From: Escherichia phage tonijn
DNA: 51,627 bases
Strand: one strand, 5' to 3'
Sequence record: NC_049818.1
Shown piece after piece: positions 9,639 to 18,143 of the stretch. The position numbers and the translations under genes are program-made. The first letter of the stretch is position 1; every line of letters begins with the position of its first letter. The notes under the pieces were generated by a model. It ran no database searches and was not told the origin of the DNA. It saw only the letters and a program-made list of their open reading frames with translations.

Positions 9639-10215
9639 GCTATCTGGTTCCCTGGGTCGTAGATTTGGCGTCTTTCACAAAATGGCGGTTGACTCATACC
9701 CCGAAGCAATACGCGCGTTATCTTCCCAGGTTGAAGGGTTCAAGGACTACATGCAAAGCGAAGTAGGATCGCGAATGAAGTATGCTGTATTCGTTGATGG
9801 AAAAAACGTTGGTCAGCATGATGAAAAATCATGGAAGTGCGCGCGAGAGGTTCGAATAGTTCCTGTTCCAACTGGTTCTAAGTCCGGCGGCCTGTTCAAT
9901 GTTGTTTTTGGTGCTGTAATTATGGCTACTGCGTTCATTACTGGCGGTGCAAGCCTGGCGGCTATGGGCGCTTTTGCATCTTCCGCATTTATGATGGGTG
10001 GTGCTATCGCACTTGGCGGTGTCATGCAAATGATCTCACCGCAGCAGGGTGGAATGAAACTGCAAAGCCAGTCAGCAGAGAATAAGCCTTCTTACGCTTT
10101 CGGCGGCGCAGTAAATACCACGGCGGCAGGTTATCCGGTTCCTTTGCCATATGGATATAGGACAGTAGGCGGCGCGATATGGTCGGCTGGCAGCTACGCA
10201 GAAGATAAAGCATAA
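9619..10215 (+). CDS. Tail assembly protein (lambda gpI-like)
   Basis: 198 aa, hydrophobic Gly/Ala-rich C-terminal half; lies between K and J. Confidence 0.6.
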   Translation: MTLKVIKLSGSLGRRFGVFHKMAVDSYPEAIRALSSQVEGFKDYMQSEVGSRMKYAVFVDGKNVGQHDEKSWKCAREVRIVPVPTGSKSGGLFNVVFGAVIMATAFITGGASLAAMGAFASSAFMMGGAIALGGVMQMISPQQGGMKLQSQSAENKPSYAFGGAVNTTAAGYPVPLPYGYRTVGGAIWSAGSYAEDKA

Positions 10216-10245
10216 AAAAATACCCGCCTTGCGCGGGTTTTTTTG
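10216..10245 (+). terminator. Rho-independent terminator between I and J
   Basis: Hairpin cccgccttgcgcggg at 10223-10237 followed by T7 tract. Confidence 0.6.
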
Positions 10246-10293
10246 TGCATTTATAATGTGCAAACCAAGAAACAGCACAAAAGGTTAAAAGTC

Positions 10294-13200
10294 ATGGCTA
10301 AATATATGATAAGCGGCAGTAAGGGCGGAAGCAAAAAGCCATATGTGCCAAAAGAGATGGAAGATAACCTGATCTCGATAAACAAGATTAAAGTTTTGCT
10401 GGCTGTATCTGATGGCGAGTGCGATCCAGATTTCACGTTGCGTGATCTTTATCTTGATGATGTTCCGGTTATTGCCAGCGATGGCACTGTTAACTATGAG
10501 GGTGTAACGGCTGAATATAGACCAGGCACACAGACGCAAGATTACATCCAGGGGTTTACTGACACGTCAAGCGAGGTGACAGTTTCGCGAGATATTACAA
10601 CAGACAATCCCTATATTATCTCTGTAACAAATAAAAATCTTTCTGCAATCAGAATCAAGATTCTGATGCCAACTGGCATAAAACAGGAGGATAACGGCGA
10701 TCTTGTTGGTGTAAGGGTTCAATATGCCGTAGATATGGCTGTTGATGGCGGTTCTTATAACGAGGTTATGAGAGATGTAATTGACGGCAAGACAAGATCA
10801 GGATATGACCGCAGCAGAAGGATTGATCTTCCTAAGTTTGATGAGCGCGTTTTAATCAGGGTCAAGCGACTGACTCCAGACAGCACATCTTCAAAGGTGA
10901 CTGATAAAATCAAACTGCAAAGTTACGCTGAGGTTGTGGATGCAAAATTCCGTTATCCTCTGACTGGCCTTGTATTCGTAGAATTTGACAGCGAATTGTT
11001 TCCTACGCAAATCCCTAACATTTCTATAAAAAAGAAATGGAAGATTATTAACGTGCCAAGCAACTACGATCCAATATCAAGAGAATATCACGGGTCATGG
11101 GATGGTACTTTTAAAAAAGCGTGGTCAAATAATCCTGCTTGGGTGCTTTATGATCTGGTAACGAATCAGCGTTATGGGCTTGACCAGCGAGAGCTAGGAA
11201 TACAGATCGACAAGTGGAGCTTATATGAGGCAGGAGTTTACTGTGATCAGAAAGTTCCAGACGGTAAAGGCGGTACAGAGCCTCGCTACCTATGCGATGT
11301 TGTGATTCAGAATCAAGTTGAGGCTTATCAGCTAATCCGTGACATTTGCTCAATCTTTCGCGGAATGAGCTTTTGGAATGGTGAGAGCTTATCAATCGTG
11401 ATTGATAAGCCGCGCGATCCATCATACGTGTTTACTAATGAAAACGTCATCAACGGTGATTTTCAGTACACAACCGCAAGCGAAAAAAGCATGTACACGC
11501 AGTGTAACGTGACGTTTGACGACGAACAAAACATGTATCAACAGGACGTAGAGGGGGTTTTTGATACTGAGGCGGCATTACGATTTGGATACAATCCAAC
11601 AAGCATTACAGCGATCGGGTGTACACGCAGGAGCGAAGCGAATCGTCGCGGTCGGTGGGTTTTGAAAACAAACCTTAGAAGCACTACTGTAAACTTTGCT
11701 ACTGGACTGGAGGGGATGATTCCATCAATAGGTGATGTGATTGCTATCGCTGATAATTTTCAGAGCAGCAACCTAACGTTAAACCTATCGGGCCGAGTGA
11801 TGGAAGTTTCAGGATTGCAGGTTTTCGTTCCGTTTAAGGTTGATGCTCGTCCTGGTGATTTTATTATCATCAACAAGCCGGACGGTAAGCCAGTTAAGCG
11901 CACGATCTCAAAGGTTAGCGCAGACGGAAAAACCATTGAGTTAAATATTGGATTTGGTTTTGATGTTAAGCCTGATACCGTTTTTGCGATTGACCGTACT
12001 GACCTTGCGTTGCAGCAATACGTTGTGACAACTATCAGCAAGGGTGATGACGAAAACGAGTTTACCTATTCAATCACGGCTGTAGAGTACGATCCGAACA
12101 AATACGACGAGATTGATTATGGAGTAAACATTGATGACAGGCCAACTTCAATTGTTCAGCCTGACGTGATGGCAGCGCCTGAGAACGTGCAGATCTCATC
12201 TTATTCTCGCGTCGTGCAGGGTGTCAGCGTTGAAACTATGGTTGTGTCATGGGAAAAAGTGCCTTATGCGTCATTGTATGAAATGCAATGGCGAAAAGGT
12301 GATGGCAACTGGCTGAATACGCCGCAGACAGCTAACAAAGAGATAGAGGTAGAAGGAATTTATTCTGGTAACTACCAAGTAAGGGTTAGATCTGTTTCTG
12401 CAAGCGGTAACACTTCCCCGTGGTCAAAGATTGCAACCGCCACCCTGACAGGTAAAGTTGGCGAGCCAGGAGCGCCGATTAATCTTACAGCTTCTGATAA
12501 TGAAGTTTTTGGCATTCGTGTCAAATGGGGTATGCCGGAAGGATCGGGCGATACGGCTTACATTGAGCTTCACCAATCGCCAGATGGGACGGTGGAAAAC
12601 TCAAGTTTGCTTACGCTGATCCCGTATCCTCAATATGAGTATTGGCATAGCACGTTACCAGCGGGTCAAGTTGTATGGTATAGAATCCGTAGCGTTGACA
12701 GGATCGGCAACGTTTCCGGCTGGACTGACTTTGTTCGCGGCATGGCGTCAGATGATGTTGAATCTGTTTTAGGCGACATTCTGGACAAGATTTTTGATAC
12801 CGAAGCGGGTCAAGAAATCAAAGAGAACGCCATAGACAGTGCAAACAAAATCAAAGACCAGGCGCAATCAATCATCCAGAACGCATTGGCAAACGATGCC
12901 GATGTGAAGTGGACGCGAGTACAAAACGGAAAGCGTAAGGCTGAATATGGTCATGCACTGGAGCTTATTGCTACCGAAACGGAGGCGCGAGTAACTCAAA
13001 TCGAAGAGTTAAAGGCGTCAATTGATGAAGATATAGTTTCAAGTATCAAAACCGTTCAGGAAGCGATTGCCAACGAATCAGAGACGCGAGCTACTCAAGT
13101 GCAGCAGCTTGATTCTAAATTTACGAAGGAAATAGACGGCGTAAAACGAGATACGGCTGCAAGCATTGGCGAGGTAAGGCAAACCATTACCAATGAATCA

Positions 13201-13872
13201 GAAGCGCGTGCGCAAGCCGTTCAGCAGCTTGACGCTAAGTTTACGAAAGAGATAAACGACCTTGACGAAGTGATCAAAACCGAAGTCGAGGCTAACATCT
13301 CAGAAGTGAAACAGGCGATCGCTAATGAGACAGAGGCAAGGGTTCAGGCCGACCAGTCTTTAACAGCTAAATTCGGAGACGTTGAGTCAGCACTAGCAGA
13401 AAAACTTGATTCGTGGGCTAACGTTGATTCGGTTGGCGCTAAGTACGCTATGAAATTGGGCCTTAATTACAAGGGGCAGAAGTACAGCGCAGGAATGGTA
13501 ATGCAGCTATCGCAATCGTCGCAGGGGTTGATCTCACAAATCCTTTTCGATGCTAACCGATTTGCAATTATGACCAGTTCGGCAGGTGGCGTTTACACAT
13601 TGCCGTTTGTAGTAGAAAATAACCAGGTGTTTATCAACAGTTTGTTGGTGAAAAACGGGTCCATTACTAACGCAATGATTGGTAACGTGATTCAGTCAAA
13701 TAACTTTGTTCAGAATCAGCAAGGATGGAGGCTTGATAAAAATGGTAACTTTGAGAACTACGGAACGAGAGCTGGAGAAGGAGCTACAAAATTCACTAAC
13801 GAAGGCTTAAAGGTGAAAGATGCAAATGGACGATTGAGGGTTGAGATAGGGAGAATAACCGGAAGTTGGTAA
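10294..13872 (+). CDS. Central tail fiber / host specificity protein (lambda gpJ-like)
   Basis: ATG 10294 after AAAGG; about 1192 aa; follows M-L-K-I; contains tandem repeats near the C-terminus. Confidence 0.75.
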   Translation: MAKYMISGSKGGSKKPYVPKEMEDNLISINKIKVLLAVSDGECDPDFTLRDLYLDDVPVIASDGTVNYEGVTAEYRPGTQTQDYIQGFTDTSSEVTVSRDITTDNPYIISVTNKNLSAIRIKILMPTGIKQEDNGDLVGVRVQYAVDMAVDGGSYNEVMRDVIDGKTRSGYDRSRRIDLPKFDERVLIRVKRLTPDSTSSKVTDKIKLQSYAEVVDAKFRYPLTGLVFVEFDSELFPTQIPNISIKKKWKIINVPSNYDPISREYHGSWDGTFKKAWSNNPAWVLYDLVTNQRYGLDQRELGIQIDKWSLYEAGVYCDQKVPDGKGGTEPRYLCDVVIQNQVEAYQLIRDICSIFRGMSFWNGESLSIVIDKPRDPSYVFTNENVINGDFQYTTASEKSMYTQCNVTFDDEQNMYQQDVEGVFDTEAALRFGYNPTSITAIGCTRRSEANRRGRWVLKTNLRSTTVNFATGLEGMIPSIGDVIAIADNFQSSNLTLNLSGRVMEVSGLQVFVPFKVDARPGDFIIINKPDGKPVKRTISKVSADGKTIELNIGFGFDVKPDTVFAIDRTDLALQQYVVTTISKGDDENEFTYSITAVEYDPNKYDEIDYGVNIDDRPTSIVQPDVMAAPENVQISSYSRVVQGVSVETMVVSWEKVPYASLYEMQWRKGDGNWLNTPQTANKEIEVEGIYSGNYQVRVRSVSASGNTSPWSKIATATLTGKVGEPGAPINLTASDNEVFGIRVKWGMPEGSGDTAYIELHQSPDGTVENSSLLTLIPYPQYEYWHSTLPAGQVVWYRIRSVDRIGNVSGWTDFVRGMASDDVESVLGDILDKIFDTEAGQEIKENAIDSANKIKDQAQSIIQNALANDADVKWTRVQNGKRKAEYGHALELIATETEARVTQIEELKASIDEDIVSSIKTVQEAIANESETRATQVQQLDSKFTKEIDGVKRDTAASIGEVRQTITNESEARAQAVQQLDAKFTKEINDLDEVIKTEVEANISEVKQAIANETEARVQADQSLTAKFGDVESALAEKLDSWANVDSVGAKYAMKLGLNYKGQKYSAGMVMQLSQSSQGLISQILFDANRFAIMTSSAGGVYTLPFVVENNQVFINSLLVKNGSITNAMIGNVIQSNNFVQNQQGWRLDKNGNFENYGTRAGEGATKFTNEGLKVKDANGRLRVEIGRITGSW
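12966..13380 (+). repeat. Four tandem imperfect repeats of about 120 bp inside the J gene (protein motif AIANESE-RA--VQQLD-KFTKEI)
   Basis: Repeat units visible at about 12966, 13060, 13186 and 13311 at both DNA and protein level. Confidence 0.6.
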
Positions 13873-13905
13873 AAAAAAAGGGGGCATGGCCCCCTTTAAT
13901 TTTAA
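13871..13905. terminator. Bidirectional terminator between convergent J and the - strand cassette
   Basis: A9 tract, hairpin gggggcatggccccc (13880-13894), then T-rich tract. Confidence 0.7.
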
Positions 13906-14528
13906 TCATAGTGCGATGAATTTATAACCAAAACAGATGATGCCGTGTAAATACCAACAGGACCAGGAGTTTGCGCAACCTGCCTAGATAAAGAATATAC
14001 CCCGTTGCCATACGCGGCAGCTTGAGACTCAAATATCATGAATCCACCTAAAGACGGATTGGGCACAGAGTTTAAAGCTGTTAGTGATGGCATGATGGCG
14101 CAAGGGTATCCCAAGTTAACGTCAAAAGCGATCCCGCTTACAGATACAAGTTTTGCATCCAAAGGCTTCATCTTTCCATGATAAACCATCTCACCATTAG
14201 CATTATAAAAAGCTATTCCGTGACTACCAGGAGGAGTAACCATGTTGCTAAAAGCATAAACAAATACCTCGCCTTGATTGTCGGACTTTTCTATCTTTAT
14301 TGCGTGCTTCCCACCATTATTAAACTGAGTAAATGCTATGTATGATTTTGATGTTAACCTTACAAAAAAGAAGCACGGTCTATTTATTGGTATAGAAGTA
14401 TTAAAAACGGTTCCTGTTCTTGCTGATATTTTCCCTTTATCTATAAGGTTAACAGGAGTGAAATCTGGACTTAACCACAATGAACCGTCTGGTTTTTTTA
14501 TGCTCATCCCGTACATTATTACCCCCAA
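13902..14528 (-). CDS. Hypothetical protein (last gene of the - strand cassette)
   Basis: 208-aa ORF; start overlaps the stop of the upstream ORF. Confidence 0.5.
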   Translation of the reverse strand: MGVIMYGMSIKKPDGSLWLSPDFTPVNLIDKGKISARTGTVFNTSIPINRPCFFFVRLTSKSYIAFTQFNNGGKHAIKIEKSDNQGEVFVYAFSNMVTPPGSHGIAFYNANGEMVYHGKMKPLDAKLVSVSGIAFDVNLGYPCAIMPSLTALNSVPNPSLGGFMIFESQAAAYGNGVYSLSRQVAQTPGPVGIYTASSVLVINSSHYD

Positions 14529-14797
14529 AAAGTATATATATATCTTGAGTCAGATCCAGAAAGGCCACTCCATGTAACGGTATCACCACTTACACCCAAC
14601 TTTGGAGCGCCTGGATCGCCTCCTCGCCACGAATTCATTCCAACATATATTGCTTTCAAAGACTTACCTGGCGGCCTGTTTGAGTAGGTCTTACTGCCGG
14701 ATGATTGGGTAAATTTATCCAAGAAAAAAACTGGAGTTAAAAGGCCAGTAACATTTCTACCTTGCTCATCATATATTGCATACCCATATTCAGCCAT
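14519..14797 (-). CDS. Hypothetical protein
   Basis: 92-aa ORF translationally coupled to the flanking genes. Confidence 0.45.
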   Translation of the reverse strand: MAEYGYAIYDEQGRNVTGLLTPVFFLDKFTQSSGSKTYSNRPPGKSLKAIYVGMNSWRGGDPGAPKLGVSGDTVTWSGLSGSDSRYIYTFWG

Positions 14798-15065
14798 TTT
14801 TGCACCTCAAATCAATGAATTTTCTTTCATCTTGCCAACGGTTGATAAATTTAACTTCTTTATTGTCAACGCTCAACCTGTATTGCTTTTGGCTGAATCT
14901 GTTTTCGCGGACCGCATTAATTTTAACTTCATGGAATCCGTTAACAGGGAATGTTTTAACGTTAAATTTTGCCGTGCAATCGATCTCCTTGAAGTTGCCA
15001 GTAGGCGAAGAAGAACATCCGGTCAGGGCGGCTACGGTGGCGATAACTGCGATTAATTTTTTCAT
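14790..15065 (-). CDS. Lipoprotein, candidate superinfection-exclusion protein (Cor/Llp-like)
   Basis: ATG 15063-15065 after AAGGAG; signal peptide with lipobox LTGC (MKKLIAVIATVAALTGCSS); position next to tail fiber genes. Confidence 0.5.
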   Translation of the reverse strand: MKKLIAVIATVAALTGCSSSPTGNFKEIDCTAKFNVKTFPVNGFHEVKINAVRENRFSQKQYRLSVDNKEVKFINRWQDERKFIDLRCKNG

Positions 15066-15097
15066 CTTCAATACTCCTTAGTTGTTGTTGGCTGTAA

Positions 15098-15140
15098 CTA
15101 TACACGATCCGGCAAGCCGAGTTTAGCAAAAAGTGCTACT
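15098..15140 (-). promoter_or_regulatory. Conserved 20-bp element plus TATAGT -10, oriented to drive the lipoprotein cassette
   Basis: The - strand reads TAGCACTTTTTGCTAAAC, 18 nt, then TATAGT, then AAGGAG RBS. Confidence 0.45.
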
Positions 15141-15508
15141 TGTTATTTTTTGTTTTCCGGTGTTATCGGATTTAAGGCGGCGTAAATTTAGCGCAAATTT
15201 TAGCCAACATAAGAACAATAAATAATCAATAAAATAGGTATATACATATAAAATCAATAGTTTATTTATTTATGTATGTGTATTTGTTTTTTCTTGTTAT
15301 CTGTGTTTCTTGTGGTTTTGGTTGTTTGTGGTGATTTTTCTTTCTGAGTATCTGTATGTGCCATCATTCATGTGTATGTATATAATCCGGCGTATCTGAG
15401 AGAACGAGGGAACAAGAAAAATAACACATATTAATCATTAACTTACGCGTCAAATTTGTTTTATTGCCATCTGAGAACGTTTAGAAAACAGAAAAAACAA
15501 AACAACTA

Positions 15509-15536
15509 TTGACTAAATCAACCAAATGGCTACAAT
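15509..15536 (+). promoter_or_regulatory. Sigma70-type promoter (TTGACT-N16-TACAAT) for the recombination operon
   Basis: TTGACT 15509-15514, TACAAT 15531-15536, RBS GAGGAG 15553-15558, ATG 15567. Confidence 0.6.
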
Positions 15537-15566
15537 GCACACACAAAGCAACGAGGAGCATTAAAG

Positions 15567-16622
15567 ATGAGTGATTTTAACGCCTATACTAGCGAAGAAA
15601 TGAGCAATGAGCTTTATCATGATCCTAACGCGTGGACGGCTGAATACGTCAGCGGTTCCAGCCTGGCGGAGATTTACAGCACTTGCCCTGCGTACTGGAA
15701 GTACAAGCCTCGCCAGGAAACCAAAGCACTTGTTTTCGGTACGCAGTCGCATACCAATTTTGAAAGCAAGGAGTTATTCGAAAAAACATATCGCCGCGCA
15801 CCGTCGCAGGATGATTTTAAAGATCTGATCACAAGTCAAACGGCGTTGGCCTCAAAGCTGAAATCTTTTGGCCTGAAAGGTACAACGGGTAAGCAATACC
15901 CTGAATTGCTGGAAATGCTGTACAAGTGCGGTGAGGATCTCAATGTGTGGTGGCTTATCGAAATGATGGCAGAATGCCAGGCCGCAGCGGACGGCGTGCA
16001 GCTAATCGACGCGAAAGATTATGATGCCTGTGTAGCGATGCGGCGCGTACTTGAGGCAATACCTGAGCATAATGCTTGCATGAATAGCCCAACCGCGCAG
16101 CGTGAAATGTCAATATTCGGGATCATCAATGGCGTAAAAGTTAAAGTGCGCCTTGATCACGTTGACGTAAACAAGGATGTAAAGGCCACAATCATTAACG
16201 GTTACGACGAAAAAGGCCGACCGATTTATGAAGAAGTCATCTATCCAGAAGCTGTGATTATCACTGACTATAAAACAACGGTTAGCGCAAATCCGGTTGA
16301 CTTCCAGCGCCTGGCTTACAATCACGGCTATTATCTCAAAATGGCTTTGCAGCATGATTTATTTAAAAAGGCGTATCCAGACGAGGAAAGGCCAGTAATT
16401 GTGAGATTGCTTGCTCAAGAGAAGAAAGAGCCTTACTTGCCGCTCGCATTCCGCATGAACATTGAGCAATTGAAGATTGGGCGTATCCAGTACATGAGCG
16501 TGATCAATAAGTTCAATGTTTGCCAGAAGTTAGATGAATGGCCTTCGTATGCAAACGGACAACCAGAAATTGATCTGGATACTCCTGATTGGGTGCGCGC
16601 TCAATTCAGGCAGTATCTATAA
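15567..16622 (+). CDS. PD-(D/E)XK-type recombination exonuclease (putative)
   Basis: 351 aa; VIITDYKTT motif consistent with a D-x-K nuclease core; first gene of the exonuclease-Erf-SSB module. Confidence 0.5.
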   Translation: MSDFNAYTSEEMSNELYHDPNAWTAEYVSGSSLAEIYSTCPAYWKYKPRQETKALVFGTQSHTNFESKELFEKTYRRAPSQDDFKDLITSQTALASKLKSFGLKGTTGKQYPELLEMLYKCGEDLNVWWLIEMMAECQAAADGVQLIDAKDYDACVAMRRVLEAIPEHNACMNSPTAQREMSIFGIINGVKVKVRLDHVDVNKDVKATIINGYDEKGRPIYEEVIYPEAVIITDYKTTVSANPVDFQRLAYNHGYYLKMALQHDLFKKAYPDEERPVIVRLLAQEKKEPYLPLAFRMNIEQLKIGRIQYMSVINKFNVCQKLDEWPSYANGQPEIDLDTPDWVRAQFRQYL

Positions 16623-16697
16623 CAAACCAAACAAATAGCTAAACTTTTATAATGGTTGGTGATATAATTCGCCAACCAGATAGCGGGAGAATTAGAA

Positions 16698-16955
16698 ATG
16701 ACAGATAAAGACAATGCCACATTATTGCATTTAGAACGATTCATTGATCGAGTAACCATTGCAATGAAAGAATTTATTAAGCCGATGAACATTAAAGAGT
16801 CGGAAGAAATGAAGACTTACATCAAGGACGTGGTTGCATCCATTGACAACGTTATCCTTGTTGCAACGATGAGCAAGGGAAACAAAGAGCGCGAGAGGTT
16901 GGTTGCTGAATCAACAGAAGAATTTATTAAAATGCTTGAAAGCGAGAAGGAATAA
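16698..16955 (+). CDS. Hypothetical protein
   Basis: 85-aa ORF with GGGAG RBS. Confidence 0.45.
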   Translation: MTDKDNATLLHLERFIDRVTIAMKEFIKPMNIKESEEMKTYIKDVVASIDNVILVATMSKGNKERERLVAESTEEFIKMLESEKE

Positions 16956-17612
<657 letters not shown>

Positions 17613-17617
17613 TAAAC

Positions 17618-17640
17618 GGGGCGCTTGCGCCCCTTTTGTC
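17618..17640 (+). terminator. Rho-independent terminator
   Basis: Hairpin ggggcgcttgcgcccc followed by TTTTG. Confidence 0.55.
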
Positions 17641-17655
17641 ATAGGAGAAAACAAA

Positions 17656-18108
17656 ATGCACGTTATTACAGGTGAGATTCGAAAAGAGCCAAAAGTAAAG
17701 CAAATGCCTAACGGCAGCACGCTATATGTTGTTGAGCTTTCCGAGCGATACAAAGACCGAGAGGGAAATTGGCAGTATACAAACTATGTGTTTTTCTTTA
17801 ACGCGAAAACAGACGGCCTGAATGGTTGGTATGCTGAGGCTTTCCAGGTAGGAAAGGTTATTTCTGTTTCCTGCGATACCTTGCGAGTTGAAACGCGAGA
17901 ATACAACGGAAAGATTTACAGCACCGTGCAGCCTGGCGGATTTGCAAACCTGCTATTTAGCCAGCGCGGAGAAAGCCAGCAACAATATCAGCAGCGAACG
18001 CAAGGAGGCTGGGGGCAACCACAACAGCAACAGCAACAAAACGCTCAACAGCAGCCGCAGCAAAGCAATCAGCCTCCGATTGACTTTGACGATGATATAC
18101 CATTCTAA
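17656..18108 (+). CDS. Single-stranded DNA-binding protein
   Basis: ATG 17656 after AGGAG; OB-fold-like N-terminus, Gln-rich linker, acidic C-terminal tail DFDDDIPF. Confidence 0.8.
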   Translation: MHVITGEIRKEPKVKQMPNGSTLYVVELSERYKDREGNWQYTNYVFFFNAKTDGLNGWYAEAFQVGKVISVSCDTLRVETREYNGKIYSTVQPGGFANLLFSQRGESQQQYQQRTQGGWGQPQQQQQQNAQQQPQQSNQPPIDFDDDIPF

Positions 18109-18111
18109 TAA

Positions 18112-18143
18112 CAAAAAGCCCCGCATATGCGGGGCATTTTTTT
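18112..18143. terminator. Bidirectional terminator between convergent SSB and tail fiber genes
   Basis: Hairpin gccccgcatatgcggggc (18118-18135) flanked by A- and T-tracts. Confidence 0.65.

Noticed and set aside
9813-10278. Minus-strand ORFs inside the gpI-like gene and the I/J intergenic terminator
   Set aside because: Antisense shadow ORFs; the region contains a terminator hairpin rather than a gene start.
14338-15081. Plus-strand ORFs (14338..14577, 14776..15081, 14832..15056) overlapping the minus-strand cassette
   Set aside because: They overlap better-supported - strand genes that have RBS, a lipoprotein signal and translational coupling; no RBS on the + strand.
15181-15420. Possible CRISPR-like or tandem repeat array in the GT/AT-rich region
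   Set aside because: The repeats are short, irregular and low-complexity with no constant repeat-spacer periodicity. Interpreted as a regulatory or structural DNA region.
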